Assembly: GCF_000007005.1 (NCBI RefSeq)
Contig: NC_002754.1
From: Saccharolobus solfataricus P2
GTDB taxonomy: Archaea > Thermoproteota > Thermoprotei_A > Sulfolobales > Sulfolobaceae
Direction: 5' to 3' (one strand)
Length of the DNA: 64,000 bases
The notes beneath the pieces were generated by a model. It saw only the letters and a list, made by a program, of their open reading frames with translations. It made no database searches and was not told where the DNA came from. Shown piece after piece: positions 43,220 to 56,374 of this stretch (positions are counted from its first letter, which is position 1; every line of letters begins with the position of its first letter). The translations under genes and the position numbers were made by a program.

Positions 43220-46200
43220 GGGCTGAATCCTTTCTCACGTTAATAGAAATCTTTTTATATTTATTTATTATCAACTAATCTTGTGGAGAGACTACTGAGG
43301 CCTAAGGAGGCTTGCCAACTGCTCAGCATTTCATACTCAACACTCCTACGGTGGATTAGAGAAGGAAAAATAAAGGTGGTAACGACTGAAGGAGGGAAGT
43401 ATAGGATACCTTACAGCGAGATAAAGAAGTACTTAGAGAAGAGGGAAGAGACGAGGGCTGTAATTTATGCAAGAGTTTCGTCAGCAGACCAGAGAGAAGA
43501 CTTGGAAAGACAAATAAACTACCTAACGAACTACGCAACGGCAAAGGGTTACAAGGTAGTTGAAGTACTGAAAGATATTGCAAGCGGGTTAAACACACAA
43601 AGGAAAGGATTGCTTAAGTTATTCAAACTTGTTGAGGGGAGCTTCCGGTATAAAAACCTTTCCATGAAAAATCGAGCATAGTCCACACTACTTACGCAAG
43701 TGATGAAACCTGCTTTACTCACTAGCATCAAAGGGCTTATTATAATACAGCACAGCCCAAGTAATAACAGCCAATTTCCTTGCACAAGCAGTAATCAACT
43801 TCTTACCCTTTAACCTACCCTTGTGCTCCTCATAAAAACGCTTGATAACAGGATTAACCTTGATGGCAGTCAAAGCTGCAAGATAGAAAGCCCTCCTCAA
43901 AACAGCGTCACCTTTTTTAGAAATACCTCTCGATACAACACTCTTACCACTAGACTCAACAACTGGGTCAAGACCACAATAAGCAACAAACCTCTTCTTA
44001 TCACTAAAGCGCTTAACATCACCAACCCTAGCCAAAATAATACAACCCAAGGTTTTACCAATACCAGGAATAGTGAAAATCAAACTATCCTTGGAAACAA
44101 AATCCTCAAGCTCCTTCTCAATCTCCCTCTTCCTACCCTCAAGCCTCTCAAGCTCCTCCAAAAGAAACCTAACCTCAGCCAAGACAATACTATCCCCACC
44201 CCTCAAAACCTCCTCCAAATTTTTCTTAGACAAACTATCCCTATAGCCTAAAAGTACCAAATCCCTCCTCAACCTATTCTTAACCCTAGCAATACTCCTA
44301 GTAACAAAATCCCACTGGCTAGTCAACTCCCTAGCATCACTTGTTGTAAACCCACTACACATACTTACAACTAATTCCGCAAGCTTTTTAGCATCATTCT
44401 TATCACTCTTCTTACCCCTAAAATCCTTGAACTTCTTGAGAATAAAGGGATTAATGATCCTAACATCATACTCATTATTCAAGTACTTTGCTAGGTTAAC
44501 GTGGTAAACTCCAGTACTCTCAATACCCACTTTGCAACCCTTAGGTAAGATCTTCCTTATCTCCTCATAACCTCGCTTATCATTAGTAAACTCGTAGAGT
44601 TTACCTTGAAAATACACGATTAATTTATCTTTTGATACATCTATTCCTGCAACTGGGGCCTCCAATTGTACTCACCCTTATGTTTTATTCGGGCTTTTTG
44701 CCCAACTTCCGGTCCGAATTGGAGGAGGCCAAGCTCCCCGTCGAGCTTTAGGCCCAGAGGAGTCAACGGCCTACACCCCAGTCAGATCTGTATTACACAG
44801 ATCTGACTAATATGTTTTATATAAGGAGTGTCGACATCGTATTAATAACATACAAAGATAGGTTAACAAGGTTCGGTTTCGAGTACATTGAGGAGTTCTT
44901 CTCAACCATGGGAGTTAAGATTGAAGTAGTTTTCGGTGAGGAGCCCAAAGATGACGCACAAGAGCTAGTTGAGGACTTAATCTCAATCATTACCTCATTC
45001 GCTGGGAAAATTTACGGAATGAGGAGTCACAAGAAAACACTCCTAGTTCAAGGTGTAAAAAAGTTAATAGGTGAGTTAAGTGGAGAGGACAGTGAAGTTA
45101 AGGGTTAAGGTTGATTATTCTACATACTCAGCACTTAAGGAGGTCGAGAAGGAGTACAGAGAGGTTCTAGAGGACGCAATAAATTATGGGCTGTCAAACA
45201 AAACTACCTCCTTCACCAGGATTAAAGCTGGAGTTTACAAGACTGAGAGGGAGAAACATAAGGACTTACCCTCCCATTATATTTACACAGCTTGTGAGGA
45301 TGCAAGCGAGAGATTAGACAGTTTTGAGAAGTTAAAGAAGAGAGGTAGGAGTTACACTGAGAAACCGTCAGTGAGGAGAGTTACTATTCACCTCGACGAT
45401 CATCTGTGGAAGTTCAACCTCGACACGATTTCAATTTCCACAAAGAGGAGTAGGATTCTCATTTCACCAACCTTCCCTAAGATCTTCTGGAGATATTATA
45501 ACACGGAGTGGAGGATTGCGAGTGAGGCCAGGTTTAGGCTGATGAAGGGGAATGTTGTAGAGTTCTACGTCATTTTTAAGAGAGATGAGCCTAAACCTTA
45601 TGAACCTAAAGCGTTTATTCCCGTCGACCTTAACGAGAATTCGGTCTCGGTGCTCATCAACAGTAAACCCTTATTGCTTGAGACTAACACTAAGAAAATT
45701 ACTCTGGGCTATGAGTATAGGAGGAAGGCAATAACTACTGGTAAGTCAACTAAGGATAGGGAAGTGAGGAGGAAGTTAAAGAGGCTGAGGGAGAGGAATA
45801 AGAAAGTAGACATTAGGAGGAAATTAGCTAAGCTAATCGTTAAAGAGGCTTTTGAAAGTAGGAGTGCAATTGTCTTGGAGGACTTGCCAAGGAGAACTCC
45901 GGAGCATATGATAAAGGACGTGAAGGATAAACAGCTTAGGTTGAGGATTTATAGATCTGCATTTTCCTCAATGAAGAACGCTATTATTGAGAAGGCTAGG
46001 GAGTTTGGTGTCCCCGTGGTCTTAGTTAACCCATCTTATACTTCCACTGTTTGCCCAATTCATGGGGCGAATATCGTTTACCAACTCGATGGGGGCGATG
46101 CCCCAAGGGTTGGTGTTTGTGAGAAGGGGAAGGAAAAGTGGCATAGGGATGTAGTTGCACTGTACAACTTAGCGAGGAGAGCTGGAGATGTGAGCCCCGT

Positions 46201-46322
46201 GCCGTTGGGCTCGAAGGAGTCCCATGACCCACCTACCTTAAGTGGGTGGTTGAGGGCTAAGTCCCTACACTCGATCATGAATGAACATAAAATGATTGAA
46301 ATGAAAGTGTAGGGACAAACGG
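43220..46322 (+). mobile_element. tnpB: IS607 element (ISC1904/1913-like, ~1.92 kb without insert): tnpA split by IS110; tnpB 45080..46312 intact
   Basis: GG-bounded ends; YARVSS; TnpB RuvC PVDLNE, VLEDL, zinc finger, RDVVA. Confidence 0.92.
43640..44825 (-). mobile_element. ISC1190-like IS110 copy C, transposase 43715..44665
   Basis: CT core; target GACACTC-CT-CCCCTC at the same tnpA codon as copy A. Confidence 0.93.
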
Positions 46323-46459
46323 TGTGAGGACGAGGGTTAATACGAAATACTATGAAACCCTATGAAAGTCCGACCCCTATCAAAAACCCTTCTCCTTTTT
46401 TATCCCTATCTCATAACTCGATTATGCAGGGACAAATTGAGAAGGTTAGTGAATTTCAT

Positions 46460-46846
46460 TTAAATCCATATTCTCTTTATTTCTGCAACTTTATCTAACT
46501 CCTTATCTTCACTTAAGATCACGTTTATTGAATTGTTTAACATTACGGCAATATGAAAGGCATCAGATGGCTTAACTGAGTATTTTCTCATAATTTCTTT
46601 AGCCCTCTCATATTCCTTTATCGTGATTGGTAAAACTGTTAAGTACTTGAGCACTATTTCATCCAAGAATTCTATGGTATCGCAATACTTAACTCCATAC
46701 TTCTTCTTAGACACGTATATTACCTCATCTATAACTAAAGGATCTGAAAACAAGCTTTCATATGTGAGGAGTTTTATATAATACTCTTTTACCTCACTTA
46801 CACCCGAGTTTAAGTAGATTAAGAAATTAGCATCAAGAAAAATCAA
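46460..46846 (-). CDS. vapC: PIN toxin VapC
   Basis: IFLDANFL, PSDAFHIA, LSEDK. Confidence 0.88.
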   Translation of the reverse strand: MIFLDANFLIYLNSGVSEVKEYYIKLLTYESLFSDPLVIDEVIYVSKKKYGVKYCDTIEFLDEIVLKYLTVLPITIKEYERAKEIMRKYSVKPSDAFHIAVMLNNSINVILSEDKELDKVAEIKRIWI

Positions 46847-47108
46847 TCTTCAATTCCTCTTCAAGACTTATGTTCTCAAGTTCCCCAAGGCTTGCCCTTT
46901 TAGCATAAGATATCTTCCTCTCATGTTCTTCTAATTTTTTGACAACTTCTCGTATGTTAACCTTCCTCTCAGGTTCTAAGATTATCTTATCTCCAACGAC
47001 TGTCAAAATTAAGATATCCCCCTCTTTTATTCCCACCAAATCCCTTACACTTTTAGGAATTATTATATAACCCTTCTTTCCAACTTCCACTCTTAGAGTC
47101 AAACTCAT
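46833..47108 (-). CDS. vapB: AbrB/MazE-type antitoxin
   Basis: VGKKGYIIIPKSVRDLVGIKEGD. Confidence 0.88.
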   Translation of the reverse strand: MSLTLRVEVGKKGYIIIPKSVRDLVGIKEGDILILTVVGDKIILEPERKVNIREVVKKLEEHERKISYAKRASLGELENISLEEELKIDFS

Positions 47109-47478
47109 TCTACTATAGTTTAACTGGCTAAACTAATATTTAAAATTTAACGCTAATGAGCAACAACAAGTTTTATAATTTGTATAAATAATGTAGATTA
47201 TGCTAAATTTTCAAAGAAAAATTTTATAAAAGAAGCTTTATAATCCATTTTACTACACAATTCGATACATTTTTGGTCATGTCATTATATTCGACAATTG
47301 TCTAAAACTTTCGAAAAAGACTGAATTAGTAAGGATTAAAAACGTTAATACTGAAGGTTAAATGGTTTTAAAGTATTGCTTTCCCTTCACCGAGAAATTC
47401 TTCAGTTATGTCAAACTTGCCTCATGGTTTAACTCTATTGTAAGTTAAACTTTAATAATCGTTAAATGAATATATCTC

Positions 47479-47715
47479 ATGGAGGTAAAAGTTCACAAGA
47501 AAGGGATTATAGTTATCCCCGCTGAGGTTAGAAGGAGGCTTAATATTAAAGAGGGTTCTGTTATAGAGTTGGAAGTTGAGGGTGATAAGATTATTTTAAA
47601 ACGTAAATTAACCCTCTTGGACGCTTACGGCATAGATAAAGAGATGGGAGATTCTGCTGTAAAGGAGTTGGAAAAGCTGAGGAAAGAGGAAGTTGAGAAG
47701 GAAAATTCTGTTTGA
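47479..47715 (+). CDS. vapB: AbrB/MazE-type antitoxin
   Basis: VHKKGIIVIPAEVRRRLNIKEGS. Confidence 0.88.
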   Translation: MEVKVHKKGIIVIPAEVRRRLNIKEGSVIELEVEGDKIILKRKLTLLDAYGIDKEMGDSAVKELEKLRKEEVEKENSV

Positions 47716-48091
47716 CACCGGTTTTTTCCACGTATATTTTTCCGGGCTTAATGAAGAGGCTAAGAAAGCTGTGGAAGAAGTTTATACGGGTAAAAGTGTA
47801 GGTTATACTCTAGATCTTAATTTAGCGGAGTTCCTTTATACTTATGGCAAACTTAATGGGGTAGAAGAAGCTAATGTTAGACTCTCCTTAATTCTAAATT
47901 CACCAATAAAGATTGTTAGTACTAATAAGGAACTTGCTTTAAGGGCAGGTGAGCTCAAAGTTAAGTACCAAAACCTTTCCATAGTGGACTGTTTTCTAGT
48001 AGCCTTTGCTGAAAAAGAGAATACTGTAATATATACTACGGACTCTGAGATTAAAAGAGTATATAAAAACACAATAATTCTACATAGTTGA
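47693..48091 (+). CDS. vapC: PIN toxin VapC
   Basis: ILFDTG, SIVDCFLVA, YTTD. Confidence 0.88.
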   Translation: MRRKILFDTGFFHVYFSGLNEEAKKAVEEVYTGKSVGYTLDLNLAEFLYTYGKLNGVEEANVRLSLILNSPIKIVSTNKELALRAGELKVKYQNLSIVDCFLVAFAEKENTVIYTTDSEIKRVYKNTIILHS

Positions 48092-48479
48092 GAAAATTAT
48101 CCTGAGCGTAAATAATTGAATAAACCTATGTCCAAGTTTATACAGTGTAATCAATAATTTCGTTCATTTGAAATTTGGTTAAAATTTCCTTAAAGTCGTA
48201 TCATTTAAACTCTCTGATTTACAATAAAAATTTCGAACAAGGATAAAATTACAATACTATATTTTATTAACTGATAAATCTTGTGTTGAATTGAAATCAC
48301 ACTTTATATAATTTATACTGAATTAACAAAATTGTTTTCCACACTCGGTCTTTAGGCTAATTGTGACAAATTCTACTAGTTAAAAGTTGCTCATATGTTC
48401 TCTCTGAGAAAAAATTGTAGTAACCTACAAAGTATAAATATACGAAAGTTTTATATACGTATATTTCGTATACATATAT

Positions 48480-48704
48480 ATGTCAGACGTAATAAGCGTA
48501 AGGGTTAAGAAAGAGCTGAAGAAGAGGGCAGAGGAGTTGGGAATTAACATTAGGGAAGTTGTAGAAAAAGCTTTAGAAGAGGCCATAAGGGAGAAGGAGA
48601 AGGAAGAGCTTAAGGATATAGTTATGAGAATTAAGGAACTAATGAGAGATGTAAGTGAAGATGATTGGGTAAGGGCTGTTAGGGAGAGTAGGGATGAAAG
48701 ATAA
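48480..48704 (+). CDS. vapB: VapB antitoxin
   Basis: MSDVISVRVKKELK...GINIREVVEKAL. Confidence 0.88.
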   Translation: MSDVISVRVKKELKKRAEELGINIREVVEKALEEAIREKEKEELKDIVMRIKELMRDVSEDDWVRAVRESRDER

Positions 48705-49086
48705 GGAATTCCTATTCGATGCCTCAGCTTTGTACTCGCTTTTAGATTACGTGGATAAAATAGACTTAAAGAAAATTCATATACTTACCCTAACTTTTTA
48801 TGAGGTAGGTAACGTCATATGGAAGGAGTATTATATACATAAAAAGGTTAAAGATCCTATAACTCTTTCGATGCTTTTCCATAAATTAATGCGAAAACTT
48901 AACATAGTAGAGGATCCACCTCTTGAGGGAGTAATGAGAATTGCCGTAGAAAGGGGTTTGACTTACTATGACGCATCTTATGCATATGTTGCTGAATCTT
49001 TAGGGCTTATCCTAGTGTCTAACGATAAAGAGCTGATAAGAAAAGCTAATGCTATTTCATTAAAAGATTTGATAAAAAGTATGTGA
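48694..49086 (+). CDS. vapC: PIN toxin VapC
   Basis: FLFDASAL, TYYDASY, LVSND. Confidence 0.9.
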   Translation: MKDKEFLFDASALYSLLDYVDKIDLKKIHILTLTFYEVGNVIWKEYYIHKKVKDPITLSMLFHKLMRKLNIVEDPPLEGVMRIAVERGLTYYDASYAYVAESLGLILVSNDKELIRKANAISLKDLIKSM

Positions 49087-49091
49087 AAGAA

Positions 49092-51544
<2,453 letters not shown>

Positions 51545-51733
51545 GTAAAGAAATTAATAGTACAATGATATAACGACGATATTCACACAAAAGTACCTCT
51601 GGATTGAAATTATTTACCTAGAAAATATTCAGTAAAACTATGATAGAAAAAGAAGTCTAAATAGAAAATTTATAAAATATTTCCCTCTTTAAAGTATTTT
51701 GCTAACTGAAGCCTAAAGACGGTATAATAAATC

Positions 51734-52111
51734 CTAAGTAATTAGAGCGACTTTCAGTTCATTAAATTCGTCAGCTACTTTTAAAAAATCAGTATCCTTA
51801 GTCACTAGAGTTAAATCTCTATTGATAGCTTGGGCGGATATTAATATATCGAAATATCCTATCAACTTTCCCTTATCTCTTAATCTCTTGTATATCCTTG
51901 AAGCAATAATGGAATCTTTTTTATTAAGACCTATTACATTAAATGCTGACAAAAAGTCGAGGATTTTATTTTCCTCAACTTTGCCGAGTAATACTTCAAA
52001 AATTGTTAATGTACTAACATAAAAATCTTCAGAATTGGAAATAATTTCCTTTACCTTTGCATTACCTTTCAAATATTCAATAATTGCTGAGCTTTCTATT
52101 AATACTTTCAT
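51734..52111 (-). CDS. vapC: PIN toxin VapC
   Basis: LIESSAII, GYFDILISA, LVTKD. Confidence 0.88.
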   Translation of the reverse strand: MKVLIESSAIIEYLKGNAKVKEIISNSEDFYVSTLTIFEVLLGKVEENKILDFLSAFNVIGLNKKDSIIASRIYKRLRDKGKLIGYFDILISAQAINRDLTLVTKDTDFLKVADEFNELKVALIT

Positions 52112-52331
52112 CAGTTATCTTCCTCACTTCTTTGATTTCTTTCATAATCTCTTCTGCTTCCTCTTCATTAAGAATTCCGAAATACTTCTCCAATTTCCTC
52201 CTCCTCAAGGTTAGAGATTCTTCTATAAGTTCCTCAATTATTTCACTAAAGCTTTTGTCCCCTTTTATTTCTACCAATTTCTTATAGACGTCGTCCCTTA
52301 TCATTATCGTTTTCATATATGATGTATACAT
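52077..52331 (-). CDS. vapB: VapB antitoxin (DUF217-like)
   Basis: MKTIMIRDDVYKKL..IKG.KSFSEII. Confidence 0.85.
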   Translation of the reverse strand: MYTSYMKTIMIRDDVYKKLVEIKGDKSFSEIIEELIEESLTLRRRKLEKYFGILNEEEAEEIMKEIKEVRKITDESINRKLSNY

Positions 52332-52559
52332 ACTATAGGTAAATAAACCTTGTGGAGAATTTGCTTACAGAAAGTCTAGCCAAGTTGCATCTGACTTCTC
52401 TTCTAAATTCTCAATAATTCCAGCTCGACTGTGAGTAAAGCTTGTTATACTTCAGCCCTTGATTGAGGAGTAATTTCTAACAATTTTTCTAACTAGAGGA
52501 GAATTTCAAACTCAAATACATTCTATGCGTTATTAAGGAGGAAAAAATGAAAAAGATTT

Positions 52560-52904
52560 TCAACTACTTTTCTCCACTACAACCGCAGTTCCGTAAGCGA
52601 TAATTTCGTCCATCGCCTCTGATAACTCGTTAGAGTCGAATCTAACGTTTACTACAGCATTTGCCCCTAAGGCTTTCGCATTATCAACCATTCTCTGTAA
52701 GGCTTGTAGCCTTGCTTGTTCCGCTAACTCTACGTACTCTTTAATTTCTCCTCCTAGAAGGCTACGCAAAGAGGCAATTATGTTTTTACCTAGGCCTCTA
52801 GACCTTACTGTTATTCCTACTACTAAACCCTTTATTTCCACAATCTTATACCCGGGCGATTGTTCGCCGTTAGTAACTAGGACATCTCCTTCTTTATAGC
52901 TCAT
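52560..52904 (-). CDS. YbjQ/UPF0145 family protein
   Basis: LRSLLGGEIKEY...AR..A..RM...AKALGANAVV.VRFD...AYGTAV. Confidence 0.9.
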   Translation of the reverse strand: MSYKEGDVLVTNGEQSPGYKIVEIKGLVVGITVRSRGLGKNIIASLRSLLGGEIKEYVELAEQARLQALQRMVDNAKALGANAVVNVRFDSNELSEAMDEIIAYGTAVVVEKSS

Positions 52905-53207
52905 AAGGTAGTTGACGAAATAGTAAATTTAGACTTTGCTTTCAAACATGAAAACAGCAGATAAGGACAATGCGTTCACGCTATTAGCATATTAAGATGC
53001 TCTTCAAAGATATCACCTTGCATTCGTGTTCTCGTTGAGACACTTAGACGTACGTAACCCTACCCTATTAGCTAAGATCTTGATCTTCCTATTGTCCAAA
53101 ATTTACTGAACAGTCTCTTTCAAACATACATTAACGAATTTGGAAAAACGTGAAGCTTAGTAAGCATCAAAGAAAGAAAAGGAATACTGGATAAAAAAGG
53201 AGATGAC

Positions 53208-53730
53208 TTAAATCATTCTTCTGTCTATAATTGGTAACATGGGAATGTTGAATTTAGGAGTCGCACTACTTGGGCTCATAGCTTTCACTACTATGTATAT
53301 CGACGTATAAACGCTAACGTTATTCAACTTAACAGCAATCCAGCTTTTTAGACAACAATGAGCTTCAGTTTGACCGTGAGATATTAAAGTGAAGTATGTC
53401 GAAGGTTCTACTCCTATTAGTTCTAAGTTTTGGCTATATCTATATGCAGTAAAGCTTATGTTAATTATTGAGCCTGGTGAATAATACTTCCCTATTGTAC
53501 AATAATATAAGCAACAAACCTTACCGCAAGGTAATTCGTATTTTATGTATACGTTAAAGACGTAAGATACTAGATGAGGAGTTAACGTTACGTTCACGTT
53601 GTCCATACAACATTTACAAGCGTAAACTAACTTTATAGGAGTCGACGAATTCGGAACTAGGAAGCTTATATAAGTACAGTATACTTCTCCAGTTACTAAA
53701 TACTTGCAAAATCCGGGAGGTAAGAAGCAA
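53208..53730 (-). pseudogene. Cys-rich protein fragment, 5' end disrupted
   Basis: Open frame extends about 40 codons above ATG 53606 to a stop; CKCC, CGKVCC and HCC motifs; ISH3 element directly upstream. Confidence 0.5.
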
Positions 53731-53808
53731 TAACTTTATCCCTACTGCTCACCAAATGGAGTCCAGAATAGATGGTGGAAACGATGATGACGTAACCCTC
53801 ACCCTTCC

Positions 53809-56372
53809 CGGTAGACCCAAAATCGTATTATGAAAAATAATTCTGACAGAATAATATCGATTCATGATAGATAACAGGATTTATATGAGTATTAAGAATT
53901 CAGTTGAAGAAAGGGTTTAAGGTGAGGGAGATGTGGTATTACCACGTGAGTAAGTGAGATGGTAACACCCGGTCTCCCTCACCAAAATAACATTCAACAA
54001 ATAGGATATAAATTACTTTCCATGCTGAACTTCAAGGGAAAGAAAGGGGAAGAGGTGGCGAGAACCCTCATCTCAGCGTGTTTATGGAACGATTCGGTGG
54101 AAAGCAAGTCGAGGGCGTATGGCGTGTCCCCACAGACCGTGACGAATTACGTAGAGAAACAAGGGGTGGAAGTTATTGAGAAACTCTTGGAAAGCGCCAG
54201 GAAGATATCCTTGAAGGTACTGAAGGGAGTCAAGGAGATAGACCTCTCAATAGACTGGACAACCAAGATCTGGTACGGGAGACCGGTGGGAGGGCTCGGG
54301 AGTTCGGAGGAGGGAAACTCTTGGAACTACGCAACTGCGACGACAAAGTTTAACGGGAAAGTGCTCCTACTGGCCTTCGTCACTCAAGTCAAGGGGATGA
54401 CTAAGGAAGAGATCGTGAAGGCCCTCGTGGAGCAAGTCGTCGCCATGGGGTTCAAGATAAGGTTGATGACTCTCGACGCTGGTTTCTACACGATTGACGT
54501 GCTCAACTTCGTTTCGCAGTTCAAGTACGTAATCGGAGTTCCTGTTGGGGACGTGAAGGTCTACCAGGAGTTTGACGGCGAGTACGAGACTAACAGTAAG
54601 AGGCACAGGAGGGACGAGCAGGTCAAGTTCAGGCTCCTCGTGTACAGCAAGGAGAAGGTTAAGAGAAAGAGGAAGACTCTCGTTTACTTGGGGCTACTGG
54701 GTATAGTTGTGTGAGAAAATATGTAAGCAGAAGGTTAAAAGTCTTCATCAAGACTCACCTGGAACCTTGAAGCGTGGAGTTGTTTGAGATGATATGAGTA
54801 ATGCCTTATCACCGACATGGGCCTGAACTTCCAACGCGAATTACTTTCATGGATCGAAACGTAGAGATAGACCTCCAAGGAGCGAAGAGAGGGAAAGTAA
54901 CCTCCGAGCTCCTCCTCAAACCTAGCCAGGGTCAAGTTGAAACTCTCCGACGTGTTATTAGTGTAGAGGTAGTGTCTAATCTCCCTGGGGAAGTTGAGAA
55001 AGGAACAATACTTGTCAGCAGCGTCAAGAAGCCTCTTGGCTCGGGCTGGAGAAAAGGGTTGGACAAGTTGGCTGAGGGACAATATAGCCTTCCTTCCCTC
55101 CTCCACGTTCCTGGAGGACTTTAGATCCCTAACTCTAATCATTAGTTCCTCCTTCTCCTTGTCTGGGAGGACCCTCATGAGGTTCCTAACCATGTGTGTT
55201 ATACAGAGCTGGTGTTGAGAGGAGGGAAAGAGCGTGGACACGACGCGATCGAGTCCAGAGAAGTCATCGCTCACGATTACGTCAACCCTACTGACTCCCC
55301 TGCTTACAAGTCCGCTCAAGAAGGACTTCCAACCGTCCAAGTCCTCCCTATCCCTAACTTCGTAGTCCAAGACGAACTTATTCCCTTCTAAGTCAACTCC
55401 TATGGCAATGTAAATGGCTCTCTCCATGATCGACTCGCTGATTCTGACCTTTACGATCTTCACATCGATGTAAAGGGCTAGGAGATCGTGAGGTAGTTCG
55501 CGGCTCTTGTATTCCTTGAGTTTGTTGGATATTCTCTCGGCAACCCGATTCATTACGATCTCACTATACGGTATTCCCTTGGCTGCTAACACGGCCTTGA
55601 CTTGACTTGGAGTCATGCCTGATAGAACGAGCTGCTGGAGGAAGTCCTCGTAATCTGGGCTGGTCCTCTCGTACTTCTCCGGAAGGATCTTGGGTCTGAA
55701 GCCACCCTTTCTGGTTCTCGGTACTCTGAGTCTTAATACTCCGTCTCCGGTTCCCAGATATCTGAAGTAGGTCCCGTTCTTGTGGTCGTCCTCAACTTCT
55801 AGGTAGGCTTCCCTCTCTTCCATCATGGCCTCTTGCAAGATTATCTCCTCTATTTCCCTTAGGCTAACTCCTTCTTTGATTGCCTTTCTTATCTTTTCTC
55901 TTATTTCTTCCATTACCTTCATGGTATTACTCTCCCTTATGGTATTACCCCTTCCGGGGTTATTTTTACTTTTTGTCATTATTTTTCACCTTTTGCTACC
56001 ACAACTATAACTGGTAGCCCCCGTTTACTTCGCTAGGGCTACAAACCTCGACCTACCGAAGGGGGAGGTGTTGAAGTTGTACAACAAGGTGAGGGGTCCC
56101 ATAGAGACCTCTTATAGGAACATTAAGGCTTTTCTCCCATTCACCAGTTCCACCAAGTTCGTCTTCCGCACGTTGATCTTCGTGCTGGCCGTGGCCTTCT
56201 ACTCCCTGTACACCGTGTTCAAGGGGGAGGTGAGGAGGGAGCAGTTCAGGATACTCCTAATACTCTTGTTTTCTGATGATCTATTCTATCTAAAAGATTT
56301 TCTATTTAAATCAATAGAACCGCTTATTAATAATATAGATTTATTTTCAAGGAGGTGATTTTGGGTCTACCG
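53809..56372 (+). mobile_element. ISH3-family (ISC1225-like) element interrupted by IS256
   Basis: TIRs CGGTAGACCCAAAATC; transposase halves 53959.. and 56031..56358; flanks (TTCC / TAAT) are not a TSD. Confidence 0.9.
54690..56021 (-). mobile_element. IS256-family element, 1332 bp (ISC1332), transposase 54735..55979
   Basis: TIR GGGGCTAC..G.TATAGTTGTG; 9-bp TSD CGTTTACTT (54681-89, 56022-30); LYID, VSDD, QLCITH, TNNTSES. Confidence 0.94.
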
Positions 56373-56374
56373 TA

